In this document: one piece after another, positions 1 to 9,677 of the stretch
Numbering within the stretch: the stretch's first letter is position 1
How the letters are laid out: each line of letters starts with the position of its first letter
Source: Heteronotia binoei
Lineage: Eukaryota
Length of the DNA: 64,000 nucleotides
Assembly: GCF_032191835.1 (NCBI RefSeq)
Contig: NC_083226.1
Span: forward strand, 134,602,001 to 134,666,000
Direction: 5' to 3'
Notes under the pieces: generated by a model
The model's database searches: none
What the model was told of the DNA's origin: nothing
Seen by the model: the letters and a program-made list of their open reading frames with translations, nothing else
Translations under genes and position numbers: made by a program

Positions 1-446
1 AACAAAGGCAGTAAAACGTTCCAAGCCCCCCACCCCGGGATATCCTCAGATCTATTGATTAGCCAACAGCCAATTCTAATACCAAGGGATTGTGCTTATT
101 GTTGTCCCCTAGACTGGCGGAGATAGGTGCAGGCTACTGTATTGGCCCTAAGCGAACTAATTAGGAAAATATGCATAAGTAAACGCATTCATTCTTTCAT
201 GACCTCAGGAAAGGAACTTGTTTACATATCCCAACAGACAAATACCAACTGGCGGACCTTTGCTTCTTATGCTCAGAGCGGTCCGCTCCTTTAGTTATTT
301 CTTCTGAGTACTTTCCAGTTTCCTCGTGGGCCTAATGGACAATCGGAAGCCAGAGAAGTCGTGCCGCGGGCCTCGGTTCATCCCGACATTCATCTTCATC
401 GCTTGATAGCTACGACTTTAAGTGTTGGTCACGTGCAAGGATGAAT

Positions 447-694
447 TAGATCCATGTGGGCAGCCGTGTTGGTCTGAAGCAATAGAACAAAGCAGTAGAC
501 AAGTGGTACCTTTAAGACCAACTAAGTTTTATTCAGAATGTAAGCTTTCGTATGCTCTAAGCAGACTTCATCAGACAACTGGAATGGCAAGCCATCTTTA
601 AAGATAGAGAAAGTGGGCAGTGAGTTGGTATGTAGAGTCATGGGAATGTTTTTAGCAGATTAAAAGAATCCCAAATTGGGGTCTGAGTTTGTAT
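447..694 (-). mobile_element. Penelope-like element (PLE) terminal/pseudo-LTR fragment, non-autonomous
   Basis: Contains the reptile PLE terminal motif ...ggtacctttaagaccaactaagttttattcagaatgtaagctttcg...cttcatcagac. Related copies occur at 1383-1558, 14609-14772 and 36005-36250. The minus strand carries a hammerhead core followed by AATAAA. Family assignment is from recalled motifs. Confidence 0.7.
537..580 (-). ncRNA. Minimal type I hammerhead ribozyme motif, complete core
   Basis: Minus strand reads aguugu CUGAUGA a gucugc uuaga gcauac GAAA gcuu acauu. The CUGANGA and GAAA boxes are intact, stem II has 5 of 6 pairs, stem III is the palindrome AAGCUU and proximal stem I is ACA/UGU. Confidence 0.7.
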
Positions 695-1007
695 TTCTCT
701 TTTAGAACAGTGTATCAGAATATTTTGGTTTTTTGTATTGATATACTCAAATAAGGGATTTGGGCTGTTTATCTCATTACATATACTAACCCATCTCCCA
801 CTATATTTTAATATTTTTATATTTTAATGTACCCTTTTTTCTAATGGCAAACTAGAATGTATTTCTCTTTTAGAACAGTGTATCAGAATATTTTGGTTTT
901 TGGTATTGACATACTCAAACACGGATATTAACTGTTTATCTTATTACATATACTAACTCATCTTCCACTTTATTTTAATATATTCTTTTTTTTTCTAATG
1001 GTAAACT
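691..1007. repeat. Tandem duplication, about 168-bp unit, 2 copies, AT-rich
   Basis: gtatttctcttttagaacagtgtatcagaatattttggtttt starts at both 691 and 859. Similarity continues to ctaatgg(c/t)aaacta. Confidence 0.9.
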
Positions 1008-1108
1008 ATTACTGCCGCAATGCTTAATGTTTTAAGGTTTTAATGTTTCGAATGTTTTTAAATGTTTATATATTTAAATACCAATTTAAATTTTATGTTT
1101 GACTTACC

Positions 1109-1159
1109 TGTTGTGAGCCGCCCTGAGCCACCTTGGTGGGAAGGGCGGGATATAAATAA

Positions 1160-1226
<67 letters not shown>

Positions 1227-1228
1227 AT
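1109..1228 (+). mobile_element. 3' tail of an L2/Squam3-type retroposon ending in a (TAAA)n microsatellite
   Basis: gtgagccgccctgagcc...agggcgggatataaat followed by about 18 TAAA units. The same tail ends the SINE at 5377-5660. Confidence 0.7.
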
Positions 1229-1382
1229 GTATGTTCTAACCTCTTGAGAAACTAATACCCTCCATTTAAACCCACAATTTACGAAGCCAGAATGACACCC
1301 AGATTTATGGCACTTTACACCTATGACATACCTGCTTTTTATCACCCTCTACTGTTGTTACAGCCCAATTAACAATACTAAC

Positions 1383-1558
1383 AAACAAACACAAACCCCA
1401 ATTTGGAATTCTTTTAATCTGCTAAAAAATTCCCATGACTTTACATACCAACTCACTGCCCACTTTCTCTATATTTAAAGATGGCTTGCCATTCCAATTG
1501 TCTCATGAAGTCTGCTTAGAGTGTACGAAAGCTTACATTCTAAATAAAACTTAGTTGC
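1383..1558 (+). mobile_element. PLE fragment, inverted copy of about 521-694, with a mutated hammerhead (CUCAUGA)
   Basis: Reverse complement of 521-694 at roughly 90% identity by eye. Core reads ctcatga (1502-1508) ... gaaagctt (1527-1534). Confidence 0.75.
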
Positions 1559-2549
1559 ATTTGGTTGCCATTCATGAACGGTATTTGTTCCATAGAAACT
1601 CGAACATGTGTGAACCCTTGGCACTTCTCTAAATAAATGACAAAAACTAGTGTTAAAATATTGAGCGTTTGGCAACTTAACGCAGCATATAACTGAAAGG
1701 GGTGAGACTTGATGTTGCTTCGTTTTTAATTCTTGGGGATGTGATCCTGTCTCGATTTCTGGGTACACCCGCCTCTTTCCGAGATTGTCAGCCGCCGCAG
1801 GTGAGATTGACACACACACTTCCTTTTCTCATCTTCGCATCGAATAAACTCCCTTGCAATAGCATCGAGTTCAACGAGGTTTATTCCGCCAGGCCGCCGT
1901 ATTAGAGGCGAGACTGTGAGATCATATTACATCTACAGTAGTTGTGTCTGATTTTTTTTTTTAAATAAAGAGCTTATGATTCCAGGCGTTCTTCAAACAG
2001 CATAGGCTGACATGTGGTTATTAACATCTTTTTGCTGAGGTTCCCTTTTTCTAACCTAACAAGATTAAGAACATTGACCTGATGATATTTCTGTGTACAT
2101 CTGGCTCTTTTCCATGAAGGGGGATTATAGCCGATCCATAGTAAACCTCGCCCTCCTTGCGGAACCTCTCTCCTTCGGAAGGAAGGGCCTTGGAGTTCTC
2201 TCTCTCCAAAGGGACTGGACAAAACTAAGATGAAGTTTGGAAAGGAGAGTTCGCTGCATGAGGTAGCCCCAAAATCTCCTTTTCCAACTTGGTCTGTTTT
2301 TTCTCTTTGGACAAAAGATTGGATTTGTGAATATTTCTCTCACACACATTCCTTCTGTGCACCTAGGAGAGCCTGGAACCTTCACTGGAAAGAAAGCGCT
2401 GGGCCGGGTGAAAACACCCTTGCGGTTCAAACCGCGCAAAAAAAGTTACAGCTAAGTGATTTGGTTTAACAGCATGTACTTCCCAGGAAAGAATGTTTTA
2501 AGACTGCAGCCGAATTGCCCCCAGTAATCTGTTCTCCAAATCTATGACT

Positions 2550-2995
2550 CATAAGAACATAAGAGAAGCCATGTTAGATCAGGCCAATGGCCCATCCAGT
2601 CCAACACTCTGTGTCACACAGTGGCAAAAAAAATTGTATATATACATATATATACACACTGTGGCTAATAGCCACTGCTCCGTATTTTTATCTAACCCCC
2701 TCTTGAAGCTGGCTATGCTTGTAGTTGCTACCACCTCCTGTGGCAGTGAATTCCACATGTTAATCATCCTTTGGGTGAAGAAGTACTTCCTTTTATCCGT
2801 TCTAACCCTACTGCTCAGCAATTTCACCGAATGCCCACGAGTTCTTGTATTGCGAGAAAGGGAGAAAAGTACCTCTTCCTCTACTTTCTCCATCCCATGC
2901 ATAACCTTGTAAACCTCTATCATGTCACCCCGCAGTCGGCGTTTCTCCAAGCTAAAGAGCCCCAAGCGTTTTAACTTTTCTTTATAGGGAAAGTG
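2550..2995 (-). mobile_element. CR1 LINE, 5'-truncated (ORF2 C-terminus, 3' UTR and tail)
   Basis: Minus translation LKRLGLFSLEKRRLRGDMIEVYK...TRGHSVKL...KRKYFFTQRMINMWNSLPQEVV is the typical CR1 ORF2 end. The tail ctcttatgttcttatg is the CR1 8-mer repeat. Confidence 0.92.
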
Positions 2996-5376
2996 ACTCG
3001 AAAGTGAAACGCCGAGTTGTGGCCGGGGAGGATTTTGGTCTTCCCAAAACGATCGAGGGAGTTTTGGGGCACCGATATGGATGCACACGGACGACCAAAT
3101 GTCGATTCCATTGTAAGGAAATTGCGATCTGACTGGTCTCAGTGCAAAGGCGGAGGGGTTAAATAGGGTTAAAACAGACACTGTTAAAGGTAATTTTACA
3201 GGCCTTTAAAATCAGTTAATGATAACTATCTAATGGTTAGGGGATATGGATTACTCTCCGATAAGCTAGCAATTTCAAGATCAACACCTGACCCCCTTCA
3301 TCCTGGATTCCCGGACTCCCCCCCCCCCCCAAGACCTAATCCCAAAATAATGCGGTCCTAGGCAGGGTGCCCCCCTCCTCTTCTGGCAGCAGCGGTCCTG
3401 CTGCCTATGGTTCGTTCTACGAGCAGCAGCATGCACTCTGCACATGCTCAGAGACTCCCGTTTATTCGGCACGTTCTAGAGCCGGCTGAGGAGGTCTGAC
3501 CTGGGCGGGGGAGGGGTCTGACCCAACCCAAGCTCTGAAAACGGGAGGAGGAGAAAGCCCGAAGCTCCGCATCTGCTGGGAGCCGAGATGAAAGGCCAAC
3601 CACCGGCGCCCTGTTTTCCCTGGCCTGGCCTGGCCTGGCCCTCGGATTGTCCGGCAAAGGCAAGAAGGCAGCGCCGGGGAGGGCAGGGGCGAGGAGGGGG
3701 CTCGTCCCCTCCCGCTCTGAGTGATCTCTCCCGGCCCCCTAATTAGGGCGAGGTGGGGGTGGGGGGAGAGTTCCCAAACGTTTTAATCGAGCTCTTTTCA
3801 ATGGCGGGGGTGGGGGGGATCATCAATGTGGCAACTGTTTCCGCCCCAGTGAAAAGCCGGCCTCCCAGGGAGGGCATTCAGGGGTCTTTTCACCAGCTTT
3901 CGCCTGTGGGGTCCGCGGCAGCCCACAGGTCGAGTCCTAATTAGCCTAATGAGAAAGGTGGGCCCGCCGGAGAGAGGCAGGAGGACGGAGCCCCGGCAGG
4001 GGGAGCCGCTTTAGTCTCCGGCCAAAGAGGTCGTGGGGGGGGGGGGACGGGACGCAGCCAAAGGGATTCCCGGAGGGACCAGCCCCGAAGAAGAAGAAGG
4101 GGCCGGCCGGGCGGCGACAAGCGACCCGCGGCTTCCTCTGGGCTCCCCTTCCGGAGCTCCGGGAGGCCCAGGCGAAAAGGCGGGGGTGGGGGGAAGAGAG
4201 GCGCTCTCTTGTTCGGCCAATAAGCAAAGCGGCGCCAACGCAGTGAGGCCCACGCCGGTGGGAAGAAGCGCCCTGCGCGATCCTGTAATCCATTTCCGCT
4301 CGGACTGGATCTTAAAGCAAGCTCTCTGGGAAGCCGCGATCCCGCCGGACCACTCACAGTCCGCTCTCTCGGGCTGTGCAGGCTCCCTTCTGTCAAAATC
4401 TTGGGGAGTCCTTCGCAAATTATATCGCCCGGCTGTTCGTGGCCCCCACTGCAACTTGCAGGCCCCTTCTCCAAAGCTGTGGGGGAGAGGCAGGGAGAGG
4501 ACAAAGAGCTGTTCAGTTGCTGACTGCGCCTGCAGGCTGGGAGGGCTGCAAGAAGGTGGAGAATTGGAGGGAGGGGGAAGCCTCCCGGGGCCCTAAAGGC
4601 GTGGGGACCCCCGGGCCCGTGCCTTCTTGGCCTAATTGTCAATCTGGCCCTGGCTCCCTTCTTGGGAATCCCGCTCCATTTTGGTCCCTGGAAGGCACTT
4701 CCGGGAAAACACAGGTGGGGGGTCAATAGAGCCCCCAACGACGCCCCGATTACCCGTCGCCTGGACTTCAGGGGAGGAGAGCCGCTCCGGCCGGTTCAGG
4801 GGCCTCGGGCTGCAGAGTTCAGCACCTGGCTGCCTTTCGTGGCGGATGGGCCGGGCCGGGCAGGACCTTCCATTGGCTCCTCCTGTGCCATTGGCTTCAG
4901 GGTTCTTAGAGATTAAATCCCAGTGGAAAAGGCGATGAACTGGCCTTGCTGGCCCAGCAGCTTCTTTGTTGTCAGGGGAAGGCCTTCCCAGCCCTGCGGA
5001 GGAGGAGGAATGGAGGCCGGAAGTGGTAAGGTGGAGACAGACATGTGGGGGGACAAGACCTTCCTCTCCCATCCCTGCCCACCACGGGAAGCACAAGGAG
5101 CCCCGTTCTCAAGTCAGCAAGAGCAAGACCCACGCTGGCCTCCAAGATGCTTCTGGGATCTGGGCCCAATTCAAGGGGCAGCTATTGGCCTCCAAAGCCC
5201 TATCAGGTTGGGGGCCTGCCTCCCTGAAGGACAGCCTGCTCCCAGAGGGACCCCTCTCCCATCCACGCTCCTGCCACCCCCACCCCAGAAAGAGCCTTCT
5301 TCTCAAGCAGCAAAACTCCGCAACTAGGTGTTCTTCCCCAGGGCCAAGACTTCTCTGTTTTCTTTCCTTTGGTGTA

Positions 5377-5660
5377 GGAGAGCCAGTTTGGTGTAGTGGT
5401 TAAGTGTGCGGACTCTTATCTGGGAGAACCGGGTTTGATTCCCCACTCCTCCACTTGCAGCTGCTGGAATGGCCTTGGGTCAGCCATAGCTCTGGCAGAG
5501 GTTGTCCTTGAAAGGGCAGCTGCTGTGAGAGCCCTCTCCAGCCCCACCCACCTCACAGGGTGTCTGTTGTGGGGGAGGAAGGTAAAGGAGACTGTGAGCC
5601 GCTCTGAGACTCTTCGGAGTGGAGGGCGGGATATAAATCCAATTTCTTCTTCTTCTTCTT
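5377..5660 (+). mobile_element. Squam3-like tRNA-derived (MIR/Ther1-related) SINE, full length
   Basis: A-box head ggtgtagtggttaag, B-box gggtttgattccc, MIR-like core cacctcacagggtgtctgttgtg, 3' end gggcgggatataaat and a (CTT)n tail. Confidence 0.85.
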
Positions 5661-6999
5661 TGGTCAACCTCCCCCCCCCCCCCCGACGGTATTGCTCCCC
5701 CTCCTCTTGCTCCCTGTTTTTGGGGCTGTCCGTGACCGCCTATTCCCTGAATTGTATTCTAATCTGAAATGCTGTTTGTAATGTTCAGCTGCTTTCCTGT
5801 CCGCTGCCTGGGGGACCCCCCTGGTGGGCGGGTGGGAACTGGGAAGGCGGCACAGAATGTTTTGAATCTAGGGAACGGGATAATACTGCCGCGTCCAGAC
5901 AGAGGCCGGGGGTTTTCCCCAAGGAAGTCTGACTGACAGCACCCTACTTGGGAGGTGGCGCCCCCTCAACCAGCAGCCCTTTCTGGGGGTGGGCGTTGCC
6001 CCCTTCTGCCGCCCCCCTGGCCCCGGAAGTGCCCCCGGCGGGCTGCGCCCTTCCTCCAGCTCCCCGGGCCGGCCACGAAGTTGCTGTCGGCGCTGCTGCC
6101 CCGGCAGGCCCAGTCCAGAGCCGGAAGCCAGAGGCGCGGGAGAGAGACTCTGGGGGGCTGGGCTCGGGTGCGCAGGTGGGCCAAGGAAGGGGGTAGGGCT
6201 GGACCCGCAAAACGCCTCCGGAGGACAGGGCGGAACCCGCCGCCAGCTAAAGGAGCCCAGAGGCGGAGCGCAGAAGCGCCAAGAGGGGGCGTCTTCCCCC
6301 AGCCCTCCATCCTGCCTGGGGGGGGGACTCCTGGGCTCTGCTTGACTTCCTCCCTCGGCGAGCCCGGGGCCTGGGGGGCCAGCCTGCCCCCTCCCTCCTC
6401 CTCAGCGCTCCGAAGAGCCCCCCTCCCCGCCGGGCAAAGAGGAGGGAGTGAATGGATCTAAGGGACCGCCATCCGGATCCCATCGGTTTAGGTTCAAATA
6501 GGCTCTTTCTTTGCAACTGTTTCACTTACTGAAGTTCTCAGCCTGGTCTTTGCAACTTCCGTACGGGCACTGCTGGTACCCGCAGCCCCTTAACACTGCT
6601 TGGAAGGATCTATCCTGACTGAGCCATTTATTTCCAAGCAGAATCCCGCGCAGACTGTTCCTCAGCACATTTATGGCTTGTCGGTCCTCCAGACATCAAT
6701 GGAAGTTACTTGCCCAGGAAACGGACGGCAGCTTGGGCTGTTTGGCTCGAAGTACAATCGCAGCGCTCCTTGCAACAGGGAGGGTCCCATTCCAGTTGGT
6801 GGAACCTGCATCTAATGGATCGGAATGTTACTTGGAAGTCAGACGCGATAGGATTTACGTCCAAGAGAAATTCTTTAGGACTGGGGTTGGGGTTCCAGAT
6901 GCTCCTTTGTAGCCAAGTGACCCCGACCTTTTCCAGCCTGTGGGCACCTTTCGAATTCTGCCACAAGGTCGTGGGAATCAGAGAGAGAGAGAGAGAGAG

Positions 7000-7150
7000 T
7001 GGCCCATCCAGTCCAACACTCTGTGTCACACAGTGGCCAAAAAACCCAGGTGCCCTCAGGAGGTCCACCAGTGGGGCCAGGACACCAGAAGCCCTCCCAC
7101 TGTTGCCCCCCAAGCGCCAAGAATACAGAGCATCACGTGCCCCAGACAGA
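7000..7150 (-). mobile_element. CR1-family 3' UTR fragment after a (GA)n tract
   Basis: tggcccatccagtccaacactctgtgtcacacagtggc matches the CR1 3' UTR at about 2587-2625 through ...cacacagtggc. The rest matches the reverse complement of 26432-26600. Confidence 0.8.
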
Positions 7151-7702
7151 GTCCCATCTGTCTCTCTGTTCCCCATAATGGGACACAAGGGCAGCATCGC
7201 ATCCGAAGACAGCGCCGGGCCCCTCACTGAATCCCGAGGGGGGAAAGGGTACAAGATGGGGCTGCATAGCACGCTTTATTTGAAAACAAAATCTCCCGCG
7301 AAGCAGAAGAGCGATGCGACAGTCCTCCTGGGCGGGATGGATGAACCTCAGCTGGGCCCCCTGGTGCAGCTGGACCGACCCTTCTGTCCCGGGTTGCTTT
7401 CCACGCAGGAGTTGGTCGATGCAACAGGCTGAGCAGCTCGCAATTCAAAGGTCAGTTTTCCAGCGTGAGCCTGTCGAGCCTGAGTGCTTCCCGGGGCCTG
7501 ACTGGCCGCCTGTGCTTTGCGCTCTGCCTCACTGGAGAAGACCTGAAGCTACCAGAGCTGCTTCCGGGGAGCAAGTGGCGGCCAGTCTGCGGGATGGACA
7601 GCGAAGGCAACCCTGCCGGGGCGGCGCTCCAGCAGTTCCCCTCTTCCCCGTTTCCCGCCGCCGCTAACACAAAACGCCACGCCCCTCCCCCCAGCCCAAT
7701 CC

Positions 7703-7785
7703 GGAAGGAAGGAAGGAAGGAAGGAAGGAAGGAAGGAAGGAAGGAAGGAAGGAAGGAAGGAAGGAAGGAAGGAAGGAAGGAAGGA
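7703..7785. repeat. (GGAA)n microsatellite, about 20 perfect units
   Basis: Read directly from the sequence. Confidence 0.98.
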
Positions 7786-9618
7786 GGCCCTTCCTATGTC
7801 CGGGGGGGGGGGCGGTTGTGGCAAAAGCTGCGCGAGGGTCTCGGAGGCCAAAAAAGGCAAACGGCCCAAACAGGCCCGTAGCCAGGAATGCAGAAGTTGG
7901 GGGGGCATGTAAAAAAGTCAGGGGCATTTAATGACTCCCCTCTCTTGGCCGCTGCCCTGCCTCAGGGCCCCCCCACCACTTCAGGGGCCACAGGGGTGAA
8001 AGCTGGGGGCCGCCCCCTCCCTCCCCCATGATTTAAATTGCACAGGAGAGATACCCAAGAGCAGCCACTGGAAGGGCTGAGAGGAGCAGTGGCTGCTGCC
8101 GGGTACCCCTCCCATGAGGGGTGAGGGGGCAGTCCCCAGCCTCTCAGTTTTCACCCCTGTGGTGGTGGCGGGGGGGAGGGAGGAAAGGTTAGGGGCTCCT
8201 GACTGGAGGCTCCCCTGCAGCTACAGGCCTGGGCCCAAAGCCCCCTTTCTCTGGACATTAGTTGTGGCCTTGGAAAGGATCAATGGCTGCTGCGAAAGGC
8301 TGCCGCGAGATGTGTGTGGGGGGGGAGGGGATGATCCGGAGTGGAATGTGACTAATCCTTCGCCTTCTCCTCCACGGTTTCCATAGGAGGGCGCAGCTCT
8401 TGCAGCCCGAGGAGCCAGACTTCGCCGGTAGGAGCGCCTCAGGCCGCCGATTCCTCTGCCTCCCCCCCCCCCCCACTCCCCGCTGCTCTCTTCAAAGGCC
8501 TGGGCGAGCCCGCTCACCTTCCCTTCCCCGACGGAGCCCACCGCTGGGCCACACCGCCTGGCTGCTTCCCAGCAGACCTCGGAGTGCCTCACGAAGGCGG
8601 CTGAGCCTGGAATAGGCACCGGGCCATACCATCCGCTTGGAAATGTCCTCGAGGGGGTCCCTGTCTATTTCCAAAGCAGGGGCGGGCTATATAACCTGTA
8701 ACAAGTTCCTTCCCCTTCCCATGAAAATATGAAATGGGGATGAAACACACACACACACACTTTGGGGGGGGGGAGCGTTGCTGTCTCAGTCTTCCCTTCA
8801 GATGGGTCTTTGCCAGCGCGGAGACTGCAAAACGCAACTTCGTGTCTTTGCACTCAAGAGTCAGACTTACAAACCAGCAGCTCCTCCCGGGCAGGGTCTT
8901 CTAGGCCAGCCAGAGAGGTATCGGCGTGACCCGCGGAAAAAACACCCTTGAAGCCCAGTCCTAAAGGAAGACGTCCATCTGCCCAGGCGCTTGTGAGGAT
9001 GAGCGGACCCGGGGGCGTATGGGGGTGCCACCGACGTTGAACTAAACCGGAATGGGCTGTGGGGAGGTAGGCTGAAGGAACCCACGCTGGCTTCCTGTCT
9101 AGGCCGCTTCAGTCTGGCGATTTTTCCAGCCCCCGCTGGCAACAACAACACTGCGATTTTCTGTCCAAAATGTCCGAGTGGAAGAGCTCATTTGTGCTTG
9201 ACTGCGGGAGGAAACCGCGAAGGAAGCGGAGAAAAGGCCTCACACTGGCGCTCCTAAACTCAGACAACGTTGGGTCCGCCCCGGTCACTTCATTCTGGCA
9301 ACTGGACCGTGGGGGTAGTTGGGTCGCTCGGCTGCTGCTGCGGAAAAAACAAACCATCGGACGGTTAGCGGCGCTTTCCCCTAAGTAAAGCAGAATCTTT
9401 AGGAGGGTGTTTTAAAAATCAAAATCTATCTTCGACTGTTATATGGCAAATGTATTGACTTGCACGATGTCCTGGTTTTCTTATCCAGTGCTAATCAAGT
9501 ACACCACTTTGAATTAAGTGCAATTCATTGAAGATCGAGCCCAACTGGAAGCGTCGGCTGCCCGCGGTGCTGCGATGAACCTCTGAAAGGCCGCCTGGCT
9601 CATTCTTCCTTTCGGCAA

Positions 9619-9677
9619 GAGATGCCGCGCGGGGACTGAACCCGGGGCTTTCTGCATGCCAAGCAGATGCTCTGCCC
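9619..9677 (-). mobile_element. tRNA(Ala)-like SINE head fragment
   Basis: Minus strand gggcagagcatctgcttggcatgcagaaagccccgggttcagtcccc...ggcatctct resembles a tRNA-derived SINE 5' end. It is too incomplete to be a tRNA gene. Confidence 0.55.

Noticed and set aside
691-1007. CRISPR-like or other prokaryotic repeat-spacer array anywhere in the window
   Set aside because: Eukaryotic locus; no short repeats with unique regular spacers and no cas genes.
1058-1345. ORF with YLFI repeats; similarly the RKEG/FLPS ORFs at 7465-7927
   Set aside because: Translations of the (TAAA)n and (GGAA)n microsatellites.
5377-5460. tRNA-like A/B boxes (also 9619, 37065 and others)
   Set aside because: No complete cloverleaf; these are SINE heads.
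8679-8694. GC box plus TATATAA suggesting a hidden promoter
   Set aside because: No downstream exon or ORF support; such short motifs are expected by chance.
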